Shown: positions 30,443 to 40,991, numbered from the stretch's first letter. The stretch: 64,000 bases of DNA from Candidatus Latescibacterota bacterium (GCA_965207885.1 OZ242311.1:2560001-2624000); one strand, 5' to 3'. Notes: generated from the letters alone by a model not told the origin. Numbers and translations are program-made.

Positions 30443-31441
30443 TCAGATTGTCGTTCTTCCCTGATACAGTAATGGATGTATGATCCCAATCGCGTCAATC
30501 TCAGACTGGAGATCGGCAGGGAGGGGACCACGCTCAATGGCGTCGATATTCAAATCGATTTCATGCGGATTTTTGAAGCCAGTTACGATACATTTGAGAC
30601 GTTGCTCAGGCAGTAGCCAGCGCAGGGTGAGTTCCGGCAACTCCAGGCCCGATGATGCCTGGATGTCCAGGTATTTGCAATACGCGCGGTGGAAACTTTC
30701 ATCCATCCATTCTGGCAGATGGTCACGCCACTCTGACTTGGCAACGGCAAGCCAGCCCTTCATAAACATCGCACCACCAACCACTCCTACGCCCTCTTCT
30801 TCGGTAAGGGGAAGCAGAAAGCGAGCAGCGTTGCGATAAATTGGATTGTATTGGTGTGCGACCATCATTGAATCCAGTTCAGTGGCGCTGACCAGCCGAG
30901 CAAGGCGTCGTGCATCTTTACCAGTGATGCCGATGAAGCGTGCCTTGCCTTGTTTCTTTGCAATGCGAAGAAACTCCAAACAAGGTGCCGCCGGAAAGTC
31001 ATACTCTTCCTCGTCTATGATCAGCGGTCCTCCGTGGGATATGGCAATCTCTTTAGGCACAGGATCATCTGACCACCACTTTCGCTGATCTGCCTCATGT
31101 AGCTGGATCAGATCTACATAGTCGGTCTGAAGCCTGCCCAGACTCTCTTCAAATTGTCGCATGAGAGAATTGACTGTGCGGTGTCCCCCGGGGTCTTCTA
31201 CACCACCTACCTTGGTCGCCAAGAATACCTTTTCCCGGCGACCACGCAATGCCTCACCTAACATACGCTCATCTTTGCCTTTGCCATAGGCGGCAGCCGT
31301 ATCGAAGTAATTGATCCCCCGGTCAACTGCCAGGGCAATACATTCGTTTACTCCCGGTTGGCCCTGGCCAGACATAAAAGCTGTGCCCAGGCCAAGTTCG
31401 CTGACATTCACTCCCGTATTTCCAAGTGCTCGACGCTTCAT
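30443..31441 (-). CDS. Aldo/keto reductase
   Basis: R.LG.TG..VSELGLG, GINYFDTAAAYG, LQTDYVDLIQLH. Confidence 0.92.
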   Translation of the reverse strand: MKRRALGNTGVNVSELGLGTAFMSGQGQPGVNECIALAVDRGINYFDTAAAYGKGKDERMLGEALRGRREKVFLATKVGGVEDPGGHRTVNSLMRQFEESLGRLQTDYVDLIQLHEADQRKWWSDDPVPKEIAISHGGPLIIDEEEYDFPAAPCLEFLRIAKKQGKARFIGITGKDARRLARLVSATELDSMMVAHQYNPIYRNAARFLLPLTEEEGVGVVGGAMFMKGWLAVAKSEWRDHLPEWMDESFHRAYCKYLDIQASSGLELPELTLRWLLPEQRLKCIVTGFKNPHEIDLNIDAIERGPLPADLQSEIDAIGIIHPLLYQGRTTI

Positions 31442-31522
31442 ATAAATACCGTACTCCTTTCGCCGTCATGTTGCTTTTCTCGCATACACGCCGGTAGTCA
31501 AACATTGAACGGAATGACTCTG

Positions 31523-32410
31523 TCAATTCAAGTGGTTGTCCAGGAATCCCAATACTCTCGCGAAGGCGGCTTTCACTTGAGGGTCCCACCTGCGTCCGTC
31601 GAATCCGTGGCCGCCGCTCTCGATCGTGACCATCTCGTGGTCCACACCGGCCTCCTTCAGGCGGTTCTGCATACGCACAGACAGTTCGTATGGAACGTCG
31701 GTATCGTCTGTCCCGTGTAGCAGCAGCGTTGGCGGATAGTTCGCGTCGATGTTCTGATCTGGGCAGTAGGGGGTGAAAAACGCGGGATCCTTCGCAGGAT
31801 CGAAGCCGCTGACTTCGATCGGCCAGATGCCCTGTTGCCGCGTGTACAGATAGAACGTGCCTGGACGTCTGCCTTCCGAAATCGCTCTCGGCTCGATCTG
31901 CTCCATCGCCTCTTCGCGCCCGATATGCCGCTGCTTTAAGTAGAATGGGGACGGTTTTGAATACCACGAACCGATCAGATCTCCATATCCATAGAAGGAT
32001 ACCAGGGCCCTGGGCTTCGAATCGAACGTACCCGTCATCAATGTCAGGTAACCGCCCGCAGAATGTCCGACTGCGCCAATTCGCGCAGGATCGACACCGA
32101 GTTCATCTGCGTTCGACCGAATCCATCCAAACGCATCGCGGACGTCTGCTATGATCTCCGGTAGTTTGGTCTCTGGGGCGAGTCGGTAGTCGATCGATAT
32201 GACTTTGTATCCCGCATCCACGTAGCGGGCCGCGTGATCCTGACCGTTTTCTCGACTGCCCATTATGAGTGCACCACCGTGAATCCACACTACGGCGGGG
32301 GATATTTCGGCCATCGCTTCTGACGAATACACGTCGAGATGGATGTCGCAGTCTGTCGTCTTCTTGAAGGCGTAGGTTCGGCGTAGGAGTGTGAAAATGG
32401 GGTCCGGCAA
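31523..32410 (-). CDS. Alpha/beta hydrolase (esterase/lipase)
   Basis: HGGAL, DYRLAPE, GHSAG, HG..D..VP, GHGF. Confidence 0.9.
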   Translation of the reverse strand: MPDPIFTLLRRTYAFKKTTDCDIHLDVYSSEAMAEISPAVVWIHGGALIMGSRENGQDHAARYVDAGYKVISIDYRLAPETKLPEIIADVRDAFGWIRSNADELGVDPARIGAVGHSAGGYLTLMTGTFDSKPRALVSFYGYGDLIGSWYSKPSPFYLKQRHIGREEAMEQIEPRAISEGRRPGTFYLYTRQQGIWPIEVSGFDPAKDPAFFTPYCPDQNIDANYPPTLLLHGTDDTDVPYELSVRMQNRLKEAGVDHEMVTIESGGHGFDGRRWDPQVKAAFARVLGFLDNHLN

Positions 32411-32423
32411 AGTATCCTCGTTA

Positions 32424-33029
32424 TTAAAGAAGTCCCAGATGATTCAGCTTATGCCAAAGACCATCGGCTCCAGTATAGGTGTATCCGGCTATACCCAATC
32501 TGGTCGCTGCTGCCACATGCCCGGCGTTGTCGTCGATGAACAGAGCCTGATTCGGAGTTGCGCCCACGGTATCTAAAGCTGTGAAGTAGATGTTGGGATC
32601 GGGTTTTGTAAACCCGACCTCTGAGGAGTTGATGATGTAATCGAAATCCCCGGCGATGCCCAGTCGTTGAAGGTCTGAGGGTAACCTCGATGTCGCATTG
32701 CTGATGAGGACTAAACGCGCCCTCTTTCGACAAGCCCGCAAGATCCCCAGGACCTCCAAATCGACTTCTCCTGGCGATGCGGACCAGAGTTCGACCGCAC
32801 GCTCCGCGTTGGCCTCTGGAAAGTCCTCGCTGAGCAGGTTCGCAATTCTCCGGCGCCACTCATCGTCAGAGATTTGTCCTGTGATTACCAGGAGGAGCAA
32901 GTCATCTGAGAACGCTACTCTGGGGATGGCTCCCTCGGGTAGTCTGGTTGCTCGTTCCGCCTTACGATGTATTTCAGGGGACCAGATACGAATTACCCCA
33001 TCGAGGTCTGTCAAGATTACGTTCGTCAT
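32424..33029 (-). CDS. HAD family phosphatase
   Basis: DLDGV, KPDP.IY, FIDDN. Confidence 0.88.
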   Translation of the reverse strand: MTNVILTDLDGVIRIWSPEIHRKAERATRLPEGAIPRVAFSDDLLLLVITGQISDDEWRRRIANLLSEDFPEANAERAVELWSASPGEVDLEVLGILRACRKRARLVLISNATSRLPSDLQRLGIAGDFDYIINSSEVGFTKPDPNIYFTALDTVGATPNQALFIDDNAGHVAAATRLGIAGYTYTGADGLWHKLNHLGLL

Positions 33030-33090
33030 TTAGGTTTTACGTTTCTTTTTTTCAGTGATGTACGGCATTTCTATGGCATCAGTTGAATAA

Positions 33091-33105
33091 ACACTGTTGT
33101 TATGC
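33091..33105 (-). repeat. attC left-arm remnant (R'' GCATAAC aacagtg)
   Basis: Just downstream of the S66 gene stop; similar to the arm at 37840-37855. Confidence 0.55.
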
Positions 33106-33117
33106 GTTGTGGGCTTC

Positions 33118-34185
33118 TCAATCAGGTTCGACTGCATTCTCCAAAATGGTAAACTTGCGCCAATCAGAGTCGATTTCTGCTTGAATTCCATACGGAAGAA
33201 CGAACATCGGATCTGTATGCCCGAAATCCATCTGCGTAATTATGGGGAGCGAAGTCAATCCTTCCTCGTCAGCGACTATCTGAAGTATGGCGTCGTCATA
33301 AGCATGAAACGAATCAGGCGACAACTCGTGGCCACCTGGTCTTCCAAAGAGAATCCCACTCAATGATGGAAGAATATCCATCGCAGCAAGAGACCGGAAA
33401 AACCTGGTTACCGTACTTGGCGGCGGTGTTTCTTCAGACGTTTCGATAAAGAGTATCGCGCCTTCCCACACTTCTTTGTTAGGCCAAACGTCTGTACTTC
33501 TTATCCAGTCGAGAACTTCGAGGCAACCACCTATGAGGTGTCCTTCCGTTTGCCCTTCTCCCTGGAGATACTGCCAACCCGCAGAGCCTTGAAGGATCCT
33601 CTTTCTTTTTTGATTCGCAGGATTTGCCCAGTCAAGACGTTCGACGGTCCAGCCATCTCGATTCTCCGGTATTTCACCAATATTTCCAGAATCAAATAAG
33701 GTCCGTCTAACGGAGTTCACCATGTAGGGAAACAACCCACCGTTCTCGGCAAATCCTGCCATAATTGCTGGACCATAAAAGGAGACAATGCCCGCCTTTA
33801 GGCACGCAAAGTGGGAAACGGTCGTATCGGAATATCCCACGAAGGGCTTCGGATTCTTCCTGATAAGATCAAGGTCTAAGTGACGAAGAATTCTAATCGA
33901 GTCATCGCCGCCAATAGTCGATATAATTCCTTTGATTTCTGAGTTTGAAAAGGCTTCCATCAAGTCATCCGCACGCGCTTTTGGATTCTCAGAGAGCCAT
34001 TTTGGCTCTTTGAGTGTATGAGGCATCTCGATCACGATCAGGCCAAATGCTTCTTCCAGTTGCTTTTTTCCAGCTTCATATCGATGTGGAATTAGCCCCG
34101 GTCCACCCCATGACAGAGATACAGTGGCTACCTTATCTCCCTCTTGAAGCTTTGGTGGTTTAGTAAGCGATAGTTTCATTATCAA
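33118..34185 (-). CDS. S66 peptidase (LD-carboxypeptidase/MccF-like)
   Basis: IGGDDS, GYSD.T, GHLIGGCLE, LFIETSEE, DFGHTDP. Confidence 0.9.
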   Translation of the reverse strand: MIMKLSLTKPPKLQEGDKVATVSLSWGGPGLIPHRYEAGKKQLEEAFGLIVIEMPHTLKEPKWLSENPKARADDLMEAFSNSEIKGIISTIGGDDSIRILRHLDLDLIRKNPKPFVGYSDTTVSHFACLKAGIVSFYGPAIMAGFAENGGLFPYMVNSVRRTLFDSGNIGEIPENRDGWTVERLDWANPANQKRKRILQGSAGWQYLQGEGQTEGHLIGGCLEVLDWIRSTDVWPNKEVWEGAILFIETSEETPPPSTVTRFFRSLAAMDILPSLSGILFGRPGGHELSPDSFHAYDDAILQIVADEEGLTSLPIITQMDFGHTDPMFVLPYGIQAEIDSDWRKFTILENAVEPD

Positions 34186-34212
34186 GTCTGTTTAGTTTTT
34201 GTGGGCGATTGC

Positions 34213-34249
34213 CGCTAACGTCTTCCGGTTTGTGAACCCGCTGTTAACG
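34213..34249 (-). repeat. Collapsed attC-like site
   Basis: CGTTAAC-agc-gggttcacaaaccggaagac-GTTAGCG; right arm homologous to 37764-37791. Confidence 0.7.
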
Positions 34250-34361
34250 GCGGTCATCCTCAAATGACGTTTGAAGCCTTTGAAAGGCCTTAAGAGTTGA
34301 CGGATCAGTGATTATTTCCCTTGCGGCTTCAATAGTCAACCATTTGGCAGCCTGCTTGCTG

Positions 34362-35183
34362 TCACTTATCCCCATTCTTGGTAGCAACGAAGATCATCTC
34401 TTTTTCGTGTTCAGAATTCAGGGTCTCGTCTGTCCAATCGCCTTTGACATCGACATCTTGAAAGCCTGCCAATTCCAGCATCCACATCAGTTCATTTCGA
34501 TGGTACCAGTGCGTCTGTCCGGTGTGAATCTCCTCCTTTATGAGACGGTCGCCTTCGTATAGTTCGTATCGCCGTTCTCGGACAGCATATTGCGCCACCG
34601 TATCTTCAAAAATCTTGTGGTGATAAACCAGTAGGCGCTTTCCGTCTTCAAGCTCCTTGTTGGCGATCTGTTTCCACTCGCCAGGCCAGGCGTGAATCTC
34701 TTTGGGGCCCCAGTAATAAAAACTATGGGCTGGGGCAACATTAAAGGCGAGAATTCCACCAGGCTCCAAATGAGCGTGGCATCGGCGGAGCGTTTCCAAT
34801 GCCGCTCGCCGTCCCATTACACACTGGAAACCGCCGCACGGGATATAGATGGCATTAAAACGATCGGGGAGATCCAACTGCTGCATCTGCTGCTCGTAGA
34901 GCACGGGGGCCAGCCCCATCGCGTTCGCATGCTGGCGACATACAGATAGCATATCGCCCGAAATGTCCACCCCCTGTACATCAAATCCTTCTTGCAAAAA
35001 GGTGAGTAGTAACCGTCCCGCTCCGCATCCCAGTTCCAGGGCCTTACTTCCGGCTTTTTCAAGGATGCCTTTGTAGAATGACTTGTCTATGCGGGGGTCT
35101 GACGTCGATATCGTAGCCCAATGAAGTGCGGAGAGTCCAGTATATAGATCTCGTTCATCGAATTTCATGAAAATATCCTCCAA
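34362..35183 (-). CDS. Class I SAM-dependent methyltransferase (paralog A)
   Basis: ALELGCGAGR, LEPGG; close paralog of 46210-47013. Confidence 0.9.
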   Translation of the reverse strand: MEDIFMKFDERDLYTGLSALHWATISTSDPRIDKSFYKGILEKAGSKALELGCGAGRLLLTFLQEGFDVQGVDISGDMLSVCRQHANAMGLAPVLYEQQMQQLDLPDRFNAIYIPCGGFQCVMGRRAALETLRRCHAHLEPGGILAFNVAPAHSFYYWGPKEIHAWPGEWKQIANKELEDGKRLLVYHHKIFEDTVAQYAVRERRYELYEGDRLIKEEIHTGQTHWYHRNELMWMLELAGFQDVDVKGDWTDETLNSEHEKEMIFVATKNGDK

Positions 35184-35255
35184 AATGTTTAAAGGTTAAT
35201 GTTTTAGCCTATAAAAACACTTTAAAGGATGCATTTTGGAGGGGGCAAAGAGGTG

Positions 35256-35849
35256 TCAGCTTTTGCCGAACTTCCATTCTGAATCCAAAATCGCATAGAC
35301 CAATCGATTCACCCACTTGTCAAACCGAATACCTCCCTCGCGATATTCCGCTTCTTTTGTCATTCCACATTTGATCATGATTTTTTCGGATGCGATATTT
35401 CCCTTGATACAGGAGGCAGAAATTTTGTGCATTCCAAGTTGCGAAAAGCCAAAATCAATGACCAACTTCACGGCTTCGGTCATATATCCTTTGCCCCAAT
35501 AGGATCTGTTCATGAAATACCCAACATTTCCATCCCCACCACCATACTTTTTGCTTATCCATCGAAGGTCAACGTGACCAACCACTTGATGGGATGATTT
35601 GAGCACAATAGGCCAATAATAGCCTTGTCGATCTTCTTCAAATCGATGGCGCATAAAATCTGCCAATTGAATAAATGTCTCATCCCTTGTTTTTGTCGGT
35701 CCCCAACTCAGAAATTTCATGACTTCAGAATCGCTCATCCATTGGTGAACCATATCCAGATCACTTGAAGTATATTCTCTAAGAAAGATTCGATTTCCAG
35801 TCAGGTCAGGCATCAATGGTATGCTTTCATCGAGATAAAGCGGAGACAT
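35256..35849 (-). CDS. RimJ/RimL-family GNAT acetyltransferase
   Basis: YWGKGYMTEA, NIASEKIMIKCGM. Confidence 0.88.
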   Translation of the reverse strand: MSPLYLDESIPLMPDLTGNRIFLREYTSSDLDMVHQWMSDSEVMKFLSWGPTKTRDETFIQLADFMRHRFEEDRQGYYWPIVLKSSHQVVGHVDLRWISKKYGGGDGNVGYFMNRSYWGKGYMTEAVKLVIDFGFSQLGMHKISASCIKGNIASEKIMIKCGMTKEAEYREGGIRFDKWVNRLVYAILDSEWKFGKS

Positions 35850-35875
35850 TCAGTATCCGGGTTTTGTTTTCCGCT

Positions 35876-37090
35876 TTACAAAAGATTCCCTTGTGCGCGG
35901 GAATTGCGGCCTATCACGGTGATCGGCTCGGCCATTCCTATACAGACATTGCCACTCACGAGGTTCCAGTCACTGTGGCCACTCTCGACGATGCCTCGCG
36001 TCTGGCACGGTGTGTCGCCCCCAACAGTCGGCGATTTGTCAACATCATCGGCGCAGCGGTTGCCCTGGACAAGAAATCTTTTGGCATTGTGCAGGCGCAG
36101 GGCGGGATAAGCGCCAGGCTTCTTCCAGGAATTGCTACGGAGGATGTTCCCGACGATCACATGTTCCACGCCATCGCTTGCGTTAATGCCCCACTTGCCA
36201 TTTTCTGAGCACACATTGTTGCTGATGATGTTGTGGTGATCCTCCCCGTGCCCCACGCCGCCGATGCCACTGTGGTCGTTGCCTGTGAAGACACTGTCGC
36301 TACATATAGAGTCTCGCACATGGCCGCAGAAGTACAGACCGTCTCCGCCGTTTCCAATGGCGATGTTGTGTGACCAGATGCTGCGTTCTATACCAGTGCC
36401 GGGGTGGTATCCGTGTCCGCGACAAAAGCGAACCTGACAGTGGGTGACCTGCACATCCGAGCCGCCCTGCACACTGATGCCGTCACTCGGCCAGTCGATG
36501 ACCGCTACATTCTGGATGCGTACACCTCTACAGTGGACAGTGTGTACAGCGCTGTAAGTGAAGTCTTGCCACCAGCACCCTTTGGGATCTCTCGATCCAC
36601 GTAGCGTCAAATCGCGTAAGCTCACATCGTCTCTTCTGACAGCGGTAATACCTGGAAAGAGGCTGACGATCTGGGATCCCTCTTTTACCCTCAGGCCCCT
36701 GTTCAGTGGCTCGCTCAAGCGAACGAGGTCGCCCTTCACCGACTTCACCAGCGCGTGGGTCCCATCCCACCATTGGCGAGGACGGTCGGTCAACCCGACG
36801 CCATCGTCTGCTACAAAAGGCACTCGTCCGCGCAAGTAGATGTTGCGGGAACCTTTGCGGGCATCTCGAATCAGGAATAGTGCCCTGGGTGCAGCTATCG
36901 TCAGTTCAGTCGCTGATCCATCGCCGATGAGGCTTATGCCACTTCGGAGGACAATTGACTGACGTAGCCGCCATTTGCCTGCCGGAATCCGAACGCTCCC
37001 ACCTCGCTCGCCAAGGGCGTCAATCGCCTCCTGAATCCCCGAGGTAGCCGAATCCTGATCGAGAGATGCCGTGATTATTTTGCTCATCAT
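35876..37090 (-). CDS. Right-handed parallel beta-helix (pectate lyase-like) protein
   Basis: IQEAID...GGSVRIPAGKW, repeated NN/GN beta-helix turns. Confidence 0.8.
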   Translation of the reverse strand: MMSKIITASLDQDSATSGIQEAIDALGERGGSVRIPAGKWRLRQSIVLRSGISLIGDGSATELTIAAPRALFLIRDARKGSRNIYLRGRVPFVADDGVGLTDRPRQWWDGTHALVKSVKGDLVRLSEPLNRGLRVKEGSQIVSLFPGITAVRRDDVSLRDLTLRGSRDPKGCWWQDFTYSAVHTVHCRGVRIQNVAVIDWPSDGISVQGGSDVQVTHCQVRFCRGHGYHPGTGIERSIWSHNIAIGNGGDGLYFCGHVRDSICSDSVFTGNDHSGIGGVGHGEDHHNIISNNVCSENGKWGINASDGVEHVIVGNILRSNSWKKPGAYPALRLHNAKRFLVQGNRCADDVDKSPTVGGDTPCQTRGIVESGHSDWNLVSGNVCIGMAEPITVIGRNSRAQGNLL

Positions 37091-37221
37091 AGGCTTTCAA
37101 TACCTTTTCATCAGGGCCTGTATCCCATAATCGTACCCATCTATTGGTTTATGTGAATGGGGTGTAGTTCTGGGTTACTTTTGCGCCCTTATGTTTTTTA
37201 TCACACAAAAAAAACCTGCGC

Positions 37222-37241
37222 TCATAACCGTGCTGTTATAC
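37222..37241 (-). repeat. Collapsed attC (20 bp)
   Basis: GTATAAC-agcacg-GTTATGA downstream of the GNAT stop. Confidence 0.7.
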
Positions 37242-37259
37242 GCTGGCAGAAATTCAACT

Positions 37260-37733
37260 CTACTGGTTTAGCCCATCTATCAATTCCATTCGGATGAAGT
37301 CGAACTCGCCTCCATTTGTCCTATTCATATAGTGTTCAACTTCCCTAAAACCAACTCGTTTATATACCTTGATTGCTCGTTTATTGAAAGCCGCAACATG
37401 AAGTTGGATGGTTTTCGGTGAGAATCGAGATTGTGCAAAAACCAAACCTGCGCGAACAAAATCTGCCCCTAAACCTTTACCCGTTAGATCTGGATGAAGT
37501 CCTAAACCAAAAATCACTACGCCTTCTTTGTTCTGGAACGCAAAGAACCCCACTAATTCGCCTGCGCCATCTCGAACAGCGAACATGGACTCGCCCCGAA
37601 GAGCAGGATTAAGAAGCTCTGCTAAATCTTCGGGATCCGCTTCAGGATCATAAAAGGCGTATTCATCCTCATAATGCCATGAAGCAATTTTCTCAGCATT
37701 TGATTGATCCAATGGTTCAATGTAGAATTGCAT
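37260..37733 (-). CDS. GNAT acetyltransferase (cassette-like)
   Basis: GLGLHPDLTGKGLG, FNKRAIKVYKRVGF; start MQFYI at 37733. Confidence 0.88.
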   Translation of the reverse strand: MQFYIEPLDQSNAEKIASWHYEDEYAFYDPEADPEDLAELLNPALRGESMFAVRDGAGELVGFFAFQNKEGVVIFGLGLHPDLTGKGLGADFVRAGLVFAQSRFSPKTIQLHVAAFNKRAIKVYKRVGFREVEHYMNRTNGGEFDFIRMELIDGLNQ

Positions 37734-37763
37734 CAGAACAGCTCCATAGATTTTCCTGCTGGC

Positions 37764-37855
37764 GTATAACGTTATGCCGGTTTGCGAACCCACAAAGCGG
37801 GTTGTCGTAGGCCAAGGCGCCACCAGCACCGCAGCGGAACACCGTGTTGTTAGCC
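37764..37855 (-). repeat. attC-like site (92 bp), the most complete in the window
   Basis: R'' GGCTAAC, L'' cggtGtt pairing with L' aaaccg with an extra G, R' GTTATAC. Confidence 0.75.
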
Positions 37856-37876
37856 GAAGTCGATCTATTTTCAAAG

Positions 37877-38626
37877 TTACATTTTTCGGACTATGAAGTA
37901 TGCACGTCTGCCCAGCTCATAGGGCTCGCAATCCAGTGACGAAAAAGTATCGCACACCTCGAAACCCACCTCGGAAAAGAGGAATGTCAACTCTCGAAAC
38001 CCATAGACCCGCATAGAGCTTGTCTTCGTCTCGGAAATTCCGTTCGCAACCAGAGTCCATTCAGTATCAATCCGGCTCTCCGTGTGTCTGTATTTTATGT
38101 CCTCTATGACAGTTGTTTCACCTACTTTGCTCCAACTGCGAAGCTGGAGTTTTGGAAGTATTGTTTCAGCGACGTTGGGAATATCCAGAGCAAACCTCGA
38201 ACCAGTCTTGAGCGTTCGATGCACTGCCTTGAGGAATCGCCTATTTCCGTCGTCGTCGAAGTATCCGAAACTTCCCCAAAAACAGAATGCTGCATCAAAT
38301 GTCTCAATCCAGGACAGATCCCTCATATCCATCTCAACAAGCTCAAGACCAGGATTCGCTCCTTGTGAAGCGGATTGCGCCTCTTGAAGAAGGACGGTTG
38401 TAATGTCAACGCCGGTTACTTTATAGCCTCTCTCAGCCAGCGGAATCGCCAATCTGCCATTGCCACACGGCACATCGAGAACCCGACATCCTGGCTTCAA
38501 ATTGAGCACGCGCACCAGAAAGTTTACCTCTTCTGAGGTACGCTCTGCTCGCATGTTTCTTTGAACGTCGAGCCAGTTTCCAGAAAAAAAGGTGGTCCAC
38601 CATTCATTACTCACGTTTCGCCTCAC
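37877..38626 (-). CDS. Class I SAM-dependent methyltransferase
   Basis: VLDVPCGNGR, DMRDL, SFGYF. Confidence 0.9.
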   Translation of the reverse strand: MRRNVSNEWWTTFFSGNWLDVQRNMRAERTSEEVNFLVRVLNLKPGCRVLDVPCGNGRLAIPLAERGYKVTGVDITTVLLQEAQSASQGANPGLELVEMDMRDLSWIETFDAAFCFWGSFGYFDDDGNRRFLKAVHRTLKTGSRFALDIPNVAETILPKLQLRSWSKVGETTVIEDIKYRHTESRIDTEWTLVANGISETKTSSMRVYGFRELTFLFSEVGFEVCDTFSSLDCEPYELGRRAYFIVRKM

Positions 38627-39677
38627 TGCACAAGGTTACGTCTTGTCGGCAACATTCAATCCTTTCAATCGTATCATTCGCGATATGCATCCACCTTTCA
38701 TTAGAATGCTCGAATGCCTTTAAAGCATTGAGAACTTCATCATCTGGGTAAATAACATCTGTGAAGCGAAACAGGGCTTGCGGCAGACTTGATGTATCAT
38801 TTAACTTTTTGAGCCAGAAATCTCTGTAAATCAATAAATAGTGGTTCTCAAGTTCCAATACTTTTTCACATATACTTCGCAATTTTTGCTTTGCATGTGC
38901 TTCTTCAGGAATGCAATACTCCCATTGCGTTCTACAGGTTTCCCATATATCGGTCAAAAAATCTGCCCAAGCATCATTGATGTGGTTCCTATAAAGTTGA
39001 AATGCTTCACTTTTACCAAGCACATATGAATGTGTTTCGATGGCGACAATAGGGATAATAATTTGATACAAGAGTGCAATTAGGTCTTTGGTACCTTTTG
39101 GATACTGTGCGCCATTGAGTGAATAGACTTCCCTCTGATCATATCCGAAGAACTCACCTTCTGGATCGGGGAAGTCCAGTGGATAGATAAGAACCTCCCG
39201 GTCGCGAATATCTTTCTGATTGATTACATTCATACAATTTCGGATATATTCGTCAACCGAAGGAATCGGAAATGTATCTCTCACTTCTTCCCCATATACC
39301 AAACGACCTATGAGTTTGAAAATACCATTATAGCCTACTGGTTGCCGATCATCTTTAGGAGAAATCCCCAGTTCGATGGGCGTCATCAAATCACATAACC
39401 AGCCAATTTGACGCGCTTTGCTTCTTTCTTTTTTGCTGTATCCTCCTTTAAACAGAGGATGTATATCAAGATCGCTGGTCGAGATAGCCGTGCCATTTGC
39501 ATAGCTGCCCACGAGATAATAACTGCAGATTCTATCGGGAAATATTCGCTCGAAGATACCGATGACTCCCTGTATTATCTGATCGACTTGGGAGTATCCA
39601 GTTGAATTCGTCAGCGAAACACTATTTAGCGTATTCTCTAATAGATTTTCATCTTCTTCTGATAATGGCATTTTCAC
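38607..39677 (-). CDS. Nucleotidyltransferase-domain protein
   Basis: YLVGSYANG.....SDLD pol-beta-like motif. Confidence 0.7.
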   Translation of the reverse strand: MKMPLSEEDENLLENTLNSVSLTNSTGYSQVDQIIQGVIGIFERIFPDRICSYYLVGSYANGTAISTSDLDIHPLFKGGYSKKERSKARQIGWLCDLMTPIELGISPKDDRQPVGYNGIFKLIGRLVYGEEVRDTFPIPSVDEYIRNCMNVINQKDIRDREVLIYPLDFPDPEGEFFGYDQREVYSLNGAQYPKGTKDLIALLYQIIIPIVAIETHSYVLGKSEAFQLYRNHINDAWADFLTDIWETCRTQWEYCIPEEAHAKQKLRSICEKVLELENHYLLIYRDFWLKKLNDTSSLPQALFRFTDVIYPDDEVLNALKAFEHSNERWMHIANDTIERIECCRQDVTLCSEAKRE

Positions 39678-39709
39678 CTCTAATAGTAAGATCGAAAGGA
39701 CTGACTTGC

Positions 39710-40984
39710 CTATTCTGTCACAACCGCTTCAGGTGAGACGCGAACTGATGACAATATCAAGTAGGTAAAAGCCACCATCATTATAGCAGCTGAAATCAAC
39801 AGTGTTGCCTCCCAGCCAAAAGTTTCACCAAGGTAGCCACCTGACAATGCCGCAATCGGAATTATTCCGAATACGACAAGACGCCTGGTGGCATTGATTC
39901 TACCTAACAGTCTATCTGGAGTCACTGCTTGCCTCAGGCTAATCTGGCTTATGCTGAAGAGGGTCAAGGCCAGGCTAAAGACTGCCTGGATAGCAATGAC
40001 GGCTGGGAGCTTCATCCAACCGAAGTGGCCTGCGAAAGGAAGCACGCCCATCGCAATCCCCTCAAGTAGCAACGCAATAATCATCAACCAGCCTGCACCC
40101 ATCCGCTTTGCAAGTGGAACAGCGGATAGGGCCCCGATAATCGAGGCACCTCCTGCAACAGATCCGATGATTCCCAGCCAGATCGGAGTAATGTCCAGGG
40201 TGCGAACAAGAAAAAGTGTCCAAACTGTATGTTGTACAGCACCTGCTGCACTTGCAAGAGCAGTCCCGATAGTCATGGCTCTCAGAATAGGGTGACTGAA
40301 TAGGGTCGATATTCCCTCCTTAATGGCAGCTATCACCCTTTGGTCCATCCTGGTCCTGATATTATCAGATTCATCAAATCGGATCCTCAATAGGAATAGA
40401 CCAGATAAGAAGTACGAGACTGAATCCACAAGTATTGCCAACGGTGCACCGAGAATATCGACAAGGTATCCAGCTGCTCCGGGTCCTGCTACATTCGTTG
40501 TCGAAGTGCTTAGCTGAAGTCGGGCATTCCCTTCGACCAGATCTTCCCGTTTCACGATAGAAGGCAAAAACGATGTTGAGGCAAGGACGTACATCATCGC
40601 GAGTGTACCACTTGTAAAAGCCACAATATATAGCAACTCTATGGATAGCCAGCCAACCAAAGCTGCTGCGGGGACCAGACTTATGACCAATCCTTGTCCG
40701 AACGCACTCGCGACCAGTATGGGCTTTCGTTTGGCCCGATCAATCCAGACGCCAGCCAGGAGAGCGAAGAGCAGTACTGGAAGATGCGTTGCTGCGTTGA
40801 GGAATCCCATTTCCTTCGCGCCAACCTGAAGCGTTATTACTGCAACAAGGGGAAGCGCAAGGTTGGTGACAGAAGAGCCAAGATCCGAAATAGTGACGCC
40901 GCTCCAGAGCTTGGCAAAGTCAGAATTGGAGCGCGCCAGCCGGAAGAGGCCACCCTCAGGTGCTATACCCATTTGCTTACTCAT
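39710..40984 (-). CDS. MFS transporter
   Basis: 12 TM pattern, FAKLW...IS.LG, GVWIDRAKRK, RQAVTPDRLLGR. Confidence 0.9.
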   Translation of the reverse strand: MSKQMGIAPEGGLFRLARSNSDFAKLWSGVTISDLGSSVTNLALPLVAVITLQVGAKEMGFLNAATHLPVLLFALLAGVWIDRAKRKPILVASAFGQGLVISLVPAAALVGWLSIELLYIVAFTSGTLAMMYVLASTSFLPSIVKREDLVEGNARLQLSTSTTNVAGPGAAGYLVDILGAPLAILVDSVSYFLSGLFLLRIRFDESDNIRTRMDQRVIAAIKEGISTLFSHPILRAMTIGTALASAAGAVQHTVWTLFLVRTLDITPIWLGIIGSVAGGASIIGALSAVPLAKRMGAGWLMIIALLLEGIAMGVLPFAGHFGWMKLPAVIAIQAVFSLALTLFSISQISLRQAVTPDRLLGRINATRRLVVFGIIPIAALSGGYLGETFGWEATLLISAAIMMVAFTYLILSSVRVSPEAVVTE

Positions 40985-40991
40985 TTCGTAT

